A stretch of 35,826 bases of DNA. Source: a virus. Taxonomy: Duplodnaviria; Caudoviricetes. Shown here piece after piece: positions 9,284 through 16,032 of the stretch. Positions within the stretch are counted from its first letter, which is position 1; every line of letters starts with the position of its first letter. The position numbers and the translations under genes were made by a program. The notes under the pieces are model-generated. The model was not told the DNA's origin, ran no database searches, and saw nothing but the letters and a program-made list of their open reading frames with translations. The stretch spans positions 1-35,826 of IMG/VR virus record IMGVR_UViG_3300037991_004101; one strand, 5' to 3'.

Positions 9284-9568
9284 TTAGTATTGATAGTCAG
9301 CTGTTTGATAATCACGAGCGTCATCAAGCCTGGCTTCCCAGTGATCTATATTTGCAACGCACCAAGATCTAATGTTGTTGTAAGTGGGTTCAGCATTGAT
9401 AAGCATTTGCTTTCGTGTGTAGCTCATACCACCGTTGATGACATTTGCGCATTCATCGGCTGGCGCATATCCACCGAAATTGATTACTACAAAAAGAATT
9501 GGCGCAAAGATTAAAGTGATTAAGCAGACAAGTTTAAAGTCTTCCATTAATTGATTGTCGGGATTCAT
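9284..9568 (-). CDS. Small single-TM protein (94 aa)
   Basis: AAGGA RBS; LVCLITLIFAPILFVVI TM segment; two downstream Cys. Confidence 0.75.
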   Translation of the reverse strand: MNPDNQLMEDFKLVCLITLIFAPILFVVINFGGYAPADECANVINGGMSYTRKQMLINAEPTYNNIRSWCVANIDHWEARLDDARDYQTADYQY

Positions 9569-9582
9569 GTCAGTGTCCTTGT

Positions 9583-9753
9583 TTAGTTGTTTAGTTCTCT
9601 TGCCGCTTCTCTGTCGAGTTCAGCATTCAATTCTTCTTCGTATTGAGCAACGTCATCTTGTTCTTGATCATCGTTCTCAGCTTCATAGCTGTCTTGATTA
9701 TTGATGCGATGAAGTTCAATGCGCATTGCAATTGAAAGTGTCGTTGTGTCCAT
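9583..9753 (-). CDS. 56-aa highly acidic protein (not in the ORF track)
   Basis: TAAGGA RBS; MDTTTLSIAMRIELHRINNQDSYEAENDDQEQDDVAQYEEELNAELDREAARELNN*; fills the gap in the leftward operon. Confidence 0.8.
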   Translation of the reverse strand: MDTTTLSIAMRIELHRINNQDSYEAENDDQEQDDVAQYEEELNAELDREAARELNN

Positions 9754-9764
9754 GTCGTTTATCC

Positions 9765-9968
9765 TTATTGTAAAAAGTCTTGTGCTGTAAAGATGTCAGT
9801 AAACATCATCTGATTAGCAATTGAAGCGAGCTTTTCAGCAAGTTGCTTACTTGGCTTTGCTCTATTGTGAATGATCTTTGAGAGATACATTGAATTTGTC
9901 CCAGCTTGTTCAGCAAGCACTGTAAGCTTGATTGATTTCTTTAGCTTTTTTCTTTTAGCTTCATTCAT
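9765..9968 (-). CDS. Cro/XRE-like helix-turn-helix regulator
   Basis: LTVLAEQAGTNSMYLSKIIHNRAKPSKQLAEKLA fits the XRE HTH pattern; GGAG RBS before ATG 9968. Confidence 0.85.
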   Translation of the reverse strand: MNEAKRKKLKKSIKLTVLAEQAGTNSMYLSKIIHNRAKPSKQLAEKLASIANQMMFTDIFTAQDFLQ

Positions 9969-10004
9969 GTTTGTCTCCATTGAATGACTGTTGATGATGC
10001 ATAA

Positions 10005-10033
10005 GAACTAACAAGTGAAAAAAGTATAGTCAA
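10005..10033 (-). promoter_or_regulatory. Leftward sigma70-like promoter TTGACT-N17-TAGTTC (TG-extended)
   Basis: Consensus-like hexamers with 17-nt spacing, upstream of the leftward operon. Confidence 0.6.
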
Positions 10034-10058
10034 GTTTTTTTGTAGATAAAAAAACATA

Positions 10059-10087
10059 TAGACAATAATGTGTGAGCGTGTTAGTTT
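10059..10087 (+). promoter_or_regulatory. Rightward sigma70-like promoter TAGACA-N17-TAGTTT (TG-extended)
   Basis: Back-to-back with the leftward promoter, and both share TGTTAGTT; upstream of the initiator gene. Confidence 0.55.
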
Positions 10088-10115
10088 TTGTTCACTATAT
10101 AGGGGAGAAATTGAC

Positions 10116-10814
10116 ATGACTACACAAAAGAACGGTCTTGCACTCAAAGACCAATTAAGTCTTCAAGTAATGAAGCGACGTGATATCACAGCGTCAACAA
10201 AGCTCGTTTTAATCGGTATACTCTCAAGAGTAGACTGGACTACTTGGGAAAGTTCAAAAGGCTTCAAGAATGTATCTCAGAGAGATCTTGCTGACATCTG
10301 CGGAACAACGCTCGCAACAGTTGGCAAGGCAATTCAAAAGCTGGAGAGTTTAAACTTAATTCAGCGTGATGTATTCAAAGCCACAAAGCGGACAGCGCCA
10401 CCAACAAAAGTCAACATCAAGCTTATTCAAGAATACAAAGCAACTAAGATCAAGCGCTACAAAAGCAAGACTAAAACAAAGCCAGACTTTAAGCTTGAAG
10501 AAATTAAAACTATGTCACAGGGTGACAAAGAAACTAGGTCACTGAGTGACAAAGAAATTAAGTCACTGAGTGACAAAGAAAATAGGTCACTATCAATAGA
10601 GAGCGAGAATATTACAATAAAATATCAATATATAAACATGGCACTGGGCCAAGAGTGTATTGAAGAATCTGCTTTGAATGAAGAGGCTGAAGACTGGGGA
10701 GTTCGTAATTCAGAGCTTTGGGGAGATCATTTAGAGAATGATCTTTTGATTTCTTCTCACTCTGACATATACTCTGACACTGACATTGACACTGACAACG
10801 ACAAGGACAACTAA
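10116..10814 (+). CDS. Replication initiator (lambda O-like, winged HTH)
   Basis: GGGGAG RBS; SQRDLADICGTTLATVGKAIQKLESLNLI wHTH; internal iterons; adjacent DnaC-like gene. Confidence 0.8.
   Translation: MTTQKNGLALKDQLSLQVMKRRDITASTKLVLIGILSRVDWTTWESSKGFKNVSQRDLADICGTTLATVGKAIQKLESLNLIQRDVFKATKRTAPPTKVNIKLIQEYKATKIKRYKSKTKTKPDFKLEEIKTMSQGDKETRSLSDKEIKSLSDKENRSLSIESENITIKYQYINMALGQECIEESALNEEAEDWGVRNSELWGDHLENDLLISSHSDIYSDTDIDTDNDKDN
10514..10638. promoter_or_regulatory. Putative replication origin: 24-bp iterons plus AT-rich unwinding tract
   Basis: GTCAC-N3-GTGAC-AAAGAAA units at 10514, 10538 and 10562, partial unit at 10586; AT-rich tract at about 10608-10637. Confidence 0.8.
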
Positions 10815-10815
10815 C

Positions 10816-11739
10816 ATGAAAAGCTTAGCAAGCGAAGTTCACAAGATCACTCGACATCTTGAAGAGTTCAAACGATTACGGGCCAACATGCCAAAGGCTG
10901 AAAAGCCAAAGGTGGTTTTCAAAGATTTCAGAAATCTGAATCATGACAATCTTGAAGATCATGACATGATTCATCAAGCGGCAGCTTATTTCAAAACCAA
11001 AGAGATTCCATACTGTGGCCGCTGCGGTGAGGGCTTCATCTATTCAGTTTGCAATCTTGGCAACAGAACAGCGACAATTTGCAAATACTGCGAGCGACCG
11101 AGGCGACGATTGAAAAAGCTAAATGATCTTCAATTGCCTTATGATGCAATTGGCATGCATCTAGGCCGCTATGAGTTTGACTCTCAAGAGCAATTCGACA
11201 GAGTGAAGACGCTTGTGACTTGGCTGAACACTCCAAAAGATCAAAGAGCTGATGTCAGTCCAAGCATTTACCTTTATGGCTCACCTGGCAATGGCAAAAC
11301 TTCATTGCTTTATGCACTCGCAAGACAAGCTGTCTTCAGTGATCACAGAGTTTTATTCACAACACACACTCAATTGATTGATCAAATCAAAAGAACGTTT
11401 AAAGGGAACAATGACAATCCTCTTGATCAGTGGCTTGCAAAAGTGGACTTGCTTTTGTTCGATGAGTTTGGCGGCATCGGCGGAGGCGCAAATATGACTG
11501 AATGGTTCAAGGCCACAACGATTGACATTATTCAACGCATTTATGAACGCTGGGCAGCTGGCAAGCTGAGCATTGTCATGACAACGAATCTGACTCCTGA
11601 TCAACTCTTCAACAAGGCTTTGAATAAAAACAAAGCTGGTGCTTCACGTCTTCAAGCTATATTCAAAAAACCAATTTACATGCAAGGCCGAGACAGACGA
11701 GGTGACAACGGGAATCTGTCAGACTGGGGTGTCAAATAG
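10816..11739 (+). CDS. DnaC/IstB-like AAA+ helicase loader with zinc-binding N-terminus
   Basis: CGRC...CKYC; Walker A GSPGNGKT; Walker B LLLFDEFG; IIQRIYER, MTTNL and SRL motifs. Confidence 0.88.
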   Translation: MKSLASEVHKITRHLEEFKRLRANMPKAEKPKVVFKDFRNLNHDNLEDHDMIHQAAAYFKTKEIPYCGRCGEGFIYSVCNLGNRTATICKYCERPRRRLKKLNDLQLPYDAIGMHLGRYEFDSQEQFDRVKTLVTWLNTPKDQRADVSPSIYLYGSPGNGKTSLLYALARQAVFSDHRVLFTTHTQLIDQIKRTFKGNNDNPLDQWLAKVDLLLFDEFGGIGGGANMTEWFKATTIDIIQRIYERWAAGKLSIVMTTNLTPDQLFNKALNKNKAGASRLQAIFKKPIYMQGRDRRGDNGNLSDWGVK

Positions 11740-11741
11740 TC

Positions 11742-11770
11742 TTGCAAGCTAGAAAGCATTGTGCTTTAAT
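11742..11770 (+). promoter_or_regulatory. sigma70-like promoter TTGCAA-N17-TTTAAT (TG-extended)
   Basis: Predicted +1 near 11777 coincides with the first base of a 14-bp inverted repeat. Confidence 0.6.
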
Positions 11771-11776
11771 CTCGAC

Positions 11777-11910
11777 AGCCTAATCATTCATTATTAACTT
11801 TTTATTTATTTCAAAACTAAGTGTTTTAAACACAGACTCTTTGAATGGTGTGAAGTTGGCCCTTTGGTATTAGTATGAGACAACTTGAATGATTAGGCTT
11901 TTTCTTTTTT
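11777..11910 (+). ncRNA. Candidate ~130-nt structured small RNA or leader
   Basis: Perfect 14-bp inverted repeat AGCCTAATCATTCA (11777-11790) / TGAATGATTAGGCT (11886-11899), nested inner stems, a U-tract, and an upstream promoter. Confidence 0.55.
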
Positions 11911-11963
11911 CTGTGTTTCGTTTCGTGTTTACAAAGCGTTTACACAGTAAGGAGAAAAAGTTT

Positions 11964-12158
11964 ATGGATAAGCAGCCAATTGCGTTTAGAGTATCTTCAG
12001 AAGTGAAAGCTGAACTGTCAGCTATTGCACAAACTGAAAAGATGCAACTGTCAACAGTTGTTAGAATTCTCTTGGAGATCGGGATTGATGAGTATCGAAA
12101 AGCTAAAACAAGAGCTGGAGCAAGCTCAAATCTACTTCAACTTTTGGACAGAAAATAG
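11964..12158 (+). CDS. Ribbon-helix-helix DNA-binding protein
   Basis: AAGGAG RBS; PIAFRVSSEVKAELSAIAQTEKMQLSTVVRILLE pattern; GTTTACA direct repeats just upstream. Confidence 0.8.
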   Translation: MDKQPIAFRVSSEVKAELSAIAQTEKMQLSTVVRILLEIGIDEYRKAKTRAGASSNLLQLLDRK

Positions 12159-12303
12159 ACATCTACCGACAGCCGCAGAATCAGCGGACTATTTCGCTGG
12201 TAGGCTTGCCAAGCTCAGGAAAGAAATAACAGATGGCGAGAAGCATCAACACAATCATGATTCAGGGCGATGTTGTCGAAGCGCCAAAGATCGAACAAAA
12301 TAA
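12088..12303 (+). CDS. Hypothetical helical protein (MSIEKLKQELE...)
   Basis: Protein-like amphipathic sequence; bridges the RHH and SSB genes with long overlaps. Confidence 0.5.
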   Translation: MSIEKLKQELEQAQIYFNFWTENRHLPTAAESADYFAGRLAKLRKEITDGEKHQHNHDSGRCCRSAKDRTK

Positions 12304-12592
12304 ATACACTCAGTTCTTGCAACTCAAAGTGAGAACTATTGAAAGCTATATTGATAAAGATCAACAAGCTAGACAGCACATTGAAATACATGAAGTTCGC
12401 GTATTCGGTCAACTTGGAAGAATGCTCGCAGAGACTACCCAGCAAGGCGACACAATACTTGTTGAGGGAGCGCTGAAGAGCTTTGACAAGCAATTCTATG
12501 TCAATGTGAAATCAATCAAAACTGTGATCAAAGCAGATGGCACAATGCCAGGCAATGATGTTGATCGAAGACTACCAAGACGAAAGGTTTAA
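12233..12592 (+). CDS. ssb: Single-stranded DNA-binding protein (OB fold)
   Basis: SINTIMIQG.V...P, E.H.V.VFG.LG, QGD.ILVEG.L SSB pattern; no acidic C-terminal tip. Confidence 0.8.
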   Translation: MARSINTIMIQGDVVEAPKIEQNKYTQFLQLKVRTIESYIDKDQQARQHIEIHEVRVFGQLGRMLAETTQQGDTILVEGALKSFDKQFYVNVKSIKTVIKADGTMPGNDVDRRLPRRKV

Positions 12593-12601
12593 ACAAAAGA
12601 C

Positions 12602-14248
12602 ATGAATGCATTTAATAGCGAAAAACCAAGACAAACTATAGGTAGACTTTTTCAAAAAATTACTACTGAGCGTTTTCAACAATTTGATTGTAACATCAAT
12701 TCATCAAAAGATAATAAAGACTATCAATGGATATGTGACATTTATGATCAAGCATCGAATAGCTTAATTGAACTAAAATCTCACAAAATCATTGACCCAC
12801 ACGAAACAACGCTTGACACATTCGAGAAAATCTTAAAACAAGATGAAGTCAGGCGAAAAAATAATCAAAACAATTCAGGGCTTTTTTATCAACTGACTGA
12901 AATGAGCAAAAAATCAGAAAGTTTTGCTGTTATGGTTGGTTGTTACAATGAGGATGTCAACAAATTAAAAAACCAACTGATCAGTAATGACCCAAAGGGT
13001 TATGCTTCTTTCACTGAATATCGTTTTTTAATCGTACTGCCTAATTCAGTTTATTGGTGTTCTGTCCCTCAAAGTAATTTTTGGAGACATATTAAGGCAT
13101 CTTGGGAGATAAATAATGGACAAATTAAAAGCTTCTTGAGAAATACGCTCGCAAGTTTTGATTTCTTAAGATCATATGAGATTACTGATCAAACAGGTTA
13201 TGAAAGAAGCTTGATTGATTTTGTCAAACAATTAAAATTTGGTCTAACTGAAGATCAGATTGAATTAGCTTTTGATGGTAAACCTTACCACAACTATGTG
13301 ACTGACACTCAACAACTAGAAATCAAACTAGATAAAACAATACAGACTTGGATTGAAAAAGAGAAGCAAGCTCAAGAATCAATTGAAGCCGAACAAAACG
13401 AAACTACTCAAGAACAAGCGCAAATTGAGCCTATTGAAAAGATCACTAAAGACCAAGTTGTTTTGTTTAAGCCTGACCAGCTTGAACTAATTGAAAAAGC
13501 TGTTGCTGATCATGAGTCTTTTTCAGCAATATCAGTCAAAGTTGGGCATTCTTCAAACTATATTGCTCAAATTATCTCACAGCCCAAAGGCACTTATACA
13601 AGAGAAGAATATGAACTATTTAGAAATTGGTTCATTGATATTTGCTTAGAGTCAAACCACTGGGAAACACCAAGTGATAGATGTAATTTAGATCAACTAA
13701 AACTAATCACTGACACATTGAGAATTAAATTAAGAGGACACAAGGCGCAAAATACAGGACTCAGAAACAGTAAGGCTGATCTAGAAAGTCAAGTTGAAGA
13801 GCTTACTGAATCAAGAGTCAGACAACGAAACATCATCAACGGTCTTGAATTAAAAATCAAAAAACACGAAGAGGAAATCAAAGAAATGGCAAACGCAGAG
13901 ACACAAGAAGACAAAGGCTTGAGTCAACTTGAAAAAGAAGCATATGAAGCGGAGATTGAAAAACTAAATGACTTCATTCAAGGTCACAAAGCAAGAGTTG
14001 AAAACTTTAAAATCAGTAATGAAGAACTTAAGGGAATCATTGAGAGATCTGAAGCAAGAGCGCTTGAAACTGAAGCTGTTAAACTTCAAGACGAGATTGA
14101 AGAGCTTCAGGAGGAACTTGAAGAGCAAAAGTCAGAGACTGAATCACTAAGAAACAATATACATAGCGCTTATCAAAAAGATCTTGAACGCTATCGCAAG
14201 ATAATTGACATGTTACTAGATCAACTCGACAAGCAAGAGAATGAATAA
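12602..14248 (+). CDS. 548-aa protein: putative PD-(D/E)xK nuclease domain plus long C-terminal coiled coil
   Basis: CDIYD.....LIELKS motif near the N-terminus; last ~180 aa are E/K/L heptads. Confidence 0.5.
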   Translation: MNAFNSEKPRQTIGRLFQKITTERFQQFDCNINSSKDNKDYQWICDIYDQASNSLIELKSHKIIDPHETTLDTFEKILKQDEVRRKNNQNNSGLFYQLTEMSKKSESFAVMVGCYNEDVNKLKNQLISNDPKGYASFTEYRFLIVLPNSVYWCSVPQSNFWRHIKASWEINNGQIKSFLRNTLASFDFLRSYEITDQTGYERSLIDFVKQLKFGLTEDQIELAFDGKPYHNYVTDTQQLEIKLDKTIQTWIEKEKQAQESIEAEQNETTQEQAQIEPIEKITKDQVVLFKPDQLELIEKAVADHESFSAISVKVGHSSNYIAQIISQPKGTYTREEYELFRNWFIDICLESNHWETPSDRCNLDQLKLITDTLRIKLRGHKAQNTGLRNSKADLESQVEELTESRVRQRNIINGLELKIKKHEEEIKEMANAETQEDKGLSQLEKEAYEAEIEKLNDFIQGHKARVENFKISNEELKGIIERSEARALETEAVKLQDEIEELQEELEEQKSETESLRNNIHSAYQKDLERYRKIIDMLLDQLDKQENE

Positions 14249-14480
14249 GCAAGAAAAGCTTCATGCTATTGTTTTAGATCAAAAGAAGCTTAAGGAACTC
14301 AAAGTGAAAGTTGCCTATCAAATCAGAATGCTTGCTATTCAGTATAAAAAACTAGGTTTCAGTTTTGGGCAGATTGCAGACACCTTCAACAAAGCTGGCT
14401 TGACTACTCCAAAAAACAACAGTCAATTCACGCCAGGCGCAGTTGCAAAGCTAATTAAGGAGAAACCAACTAATGAGTAA
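14241..14480 (+). CDS. Stand-alone serine-recombinase-type DNA-binding ('Recombinase') domain protein
   Basis: GFSFGQIADTFNKAGLTTPK...FT..AVAKLI matches G.S...IA..LN..G..T...W/F...V..I; no catalytic domain. Confidence 0.65.
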   Translation: MNKQEKLHAIVLDQKKLKELKVKVAYQIRMLAIQYKKLGFSFGQIADTFNKAGLTTPKNNSQFTPGAVAKLIKEKPTNE

Positions 14481-15147
14481 AATTTATCAAGATGGCAATG
14501 GAAGCGCAAAGCTGATTGACTTCATGGGAAGTGACAAGCGTATTGTTGATGCTGCTCGTGTTTCGTTTCTCAAAGATGATTATGCTGAAACGCAGTTGAC
14601 AGACAGAGACAAGAAGCTGATCACGTTTCTCGCTTCACATAATCACACTTCACCCTTTGAACATTGCATTGCTACATTCATTATTAAAGTTCCTTTGTTC
14701 GTGCGATCTCAAATCATGAGACATAGAACATTCAGCTATAATGAAGTAAGCAGACGCTACACTTCAGAGCGCATTGACTTTTGGAAGCCTAGTCAGATGA
14801 GGGGACAAGCAAAAGACAATCTTCAATGCTCCGATGGCGTTGTTGAATCAAGTGAAGCTGAAAGCGCTTTTAAGCTTGCGACTGAGTTCAGTCTTGCTAG
14901 TTATCAACAGTTGCTTGATGCTGGTGTCTCTCGCGAAATCGCTCGTGGCATCTTGCCACAATCGACATACACAACATTCTACATGACAGGCAATCTTCAC
15001 AACTGGATTAAGTTCATCAAGCTCAGGAATCATGAACACGCTCAACCCGAAACAAGAGACATTGCTGAACAGATTCAACGAGCGCTTGAAAAGTGCTTTC
15101 CAATTTCAATGTCAGCTTACTTTGATTCTAGTGCTGAGTTATCATAA
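14473..15147 (+). CDS. thyX: Flavin-dependent thymidylate synthase ThyX
   Basis: AARVS, HTSPFEH, RHRTFSYNEVSRRY (RHRx7S motif), EIARGILP, HAQ.E. Confidence 0.97.
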   Translation: MSKIYQDGNGSAKLIDFMGSDKRIVDAARVSFLKDDYAETQLTDRDKKLITFLASHNHTSPFEHCIATFIIKVPLFVRSQIMRHRTFSYNEVSRRYTSERIDFWKPSQMRGQAKDNLQCSDGVVESSEAESAFKLATEFSLASYQQLLDAGVSREIARGILPQSTYTTFYMTGNLHNWIKFIKLRNHEHAQPETRDIAEQIQRALEKCFPISMSAYFDSSAELS

Positions 15148-15182
15148 ATTAAGATGACTACTTTTTAGAATCGAGTGATTGA

Positions 15183-15533
15183 ATGAATGATGAGTATTTA
15201 AAGCTTTTCTGTGTGAAACTTTATCAAGATGGCTTCTCTGTTAATGAGATTCAAAAAGCGATTATCACAAATCATGATATTGTGATGTTGCTTGATGATG
15301 TTCAGAGCTTGCTTGATGAAGCTTTGACTGAACAAGATGTACAAAAACGCACACGTACGCGAGAAGAACAAGTGCTTCATGCACTCTGTGAGATCAAGAA
15401 AAGACTCGTTGATACTGACTGCTCTCCGCTTCACAAAGAGAGTGAAGAGCTATATCAAACAATTTGGCAAGCGATAGGTGAACATTATGGCTGGGACAAA
15501 ACAGACATCGAAGACACAGAAGACCAAGACTAA
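15183..15533 (+). CDS. Hypothetical acidic helical protein
   Basis: 116-aa ORF in operon orientation between thyX and terS. Confidence 0.7.
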   Translation: MNDEYLKLFCVKLYQDGFSVNEIQKAIITNHDIVMLLDDVQSLLDEALTEQDVQKRTRTREEQVLHALCEIKKRLVDTDCSPLHKESEELYQTIWQAIGEHYGWDKTDIEDTEDQD

Positions 15534-15960
15534 ACGCAAAAGCAAAGCTCAGATTCAACGAGAGAAAAAGCAAGAACTTCTCTTGGATAACATCAGAGCT
15601 GGCATGTCAATTCATGCCGCTTGCACTCAAGCGGGAGTTGGTCGCACAACTCATTATCAATGGTATGAAAAGAACGCTGCATATGCTGAAGAAGTTGACG
15701 CAGCAATTGGTTTTTCAGAAGCGGTCATGCTCGCAAAGCTTGACAGATGCATTGACGACAAGATGGACTGGCGTGGCTGGGCATGGCGTTTGTCAAAGCG
15801 CTTTCCTGAGTATTACGGTGACTTAAAGCAAATTGAAATGAATGTTTCAAAAAAGTCTGATGGCTCTGAAGAAGTACTTAGCATGATGAAGCAACTTGAA
15901 GAGCAAATGCAAAATAAGGGAAGCCTAGCTTCGTCTAGGGAGAACACAGACGAAAGCTAG
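15487..15960 (+). CDS. terS: Terminase small subunit (HTH type)
   Basis: GMSIHAACTQAGVGRTTHYQW HTH and DWRGWAWRLSKRFPEYYG motif; immediately upstream of terL. Confidence 0.8.
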   Translation: MAGTKQTSKTQKTKTKRKSKAQIQREKKQELLLDNIRAGMSIHAACTQAGVGRTTHYQWYEKNAAYAEEVDAAIGFSEAVMLAKLDRCIDDKMDWRGWAWRLSKRFPEYYGDLKQIEMNVSKKSDGSEEVLSMMKQLEEQMQNKGSLASSRENTDES

Positions 15961-15998
15961 GCTTCACTGACATGAATACAATGACAAGTTGTAGACAA
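15910..15998 (-). ncRNA. Candidate antisense small RNA (~85-90 nt) complementary to early-gene translation starts
   Basis: 17-bp stem with one bulge (15920-15936 / 15948-15965), loop region UGUGUUCUCCCU, CCUUAUUUU tail, and an upstream minus-strand promoter. Exact 12- and 13-nt complementarity to the mRNAs at 9261-9272 and 9563-9575. Confidence 0.6.
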
Positions 15999-16003
15999 CT
16001 AGA

Positions 16004-16032
16004 AAACTAGATCAAATCATGACTGAAATCAA
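16004..16032 (-). promoter_or_regulatory. Minus-strand promoter TTGATT-N17-TAGTTT overlapping the terL start
   Basis: Same -10 hexamer as the rightward early promoter; points into the 15920-15965 hairpin. Confidence 0.5.

Noticed and set aside
10760-10814. 6-bp GACACT/GACA-type repeats at the end of the initiator gene
   Set aside because: Explained as a low-complexity acidic tail (SDIYSDTDIDTDNDKDN); no evidence for a separate element.
11823-11857. GTTTTA...TTTGAATGGT resembles a type II-A CRISPR repeat (possible RNA anti-CRISPR or mini-array)
   Set aside because: Single copy, the middle and 3' end do not match, there is no spacer structure or cas gene, and internal hairpin pairing explains the sequence.
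11777-11899. Terminal inverted repeats suggesting a retron msr-msd or a MITE
   Set aside because: No reverse transcriptase or transposase in the genome and no target-site duplication seen.
11889-11963. ORF-track N-terminal extension of the RHH gene (and similar extensions at 2282, 5311, 10068, 10786, 18162)
   Set aside because: Better RBS-associated or stop-coupled starts lie downstream; the extensions run through terminator/promoter DNA or neighbouring genes.
15972-16010. 12-codon plus-strand mini-ORF (MNTMTSCRQLEN) before terL
   Set aside because: No suitably spaced RBS; its ATG context is better explained as the complement of the candidate sRNA seed. Not fully excluded.
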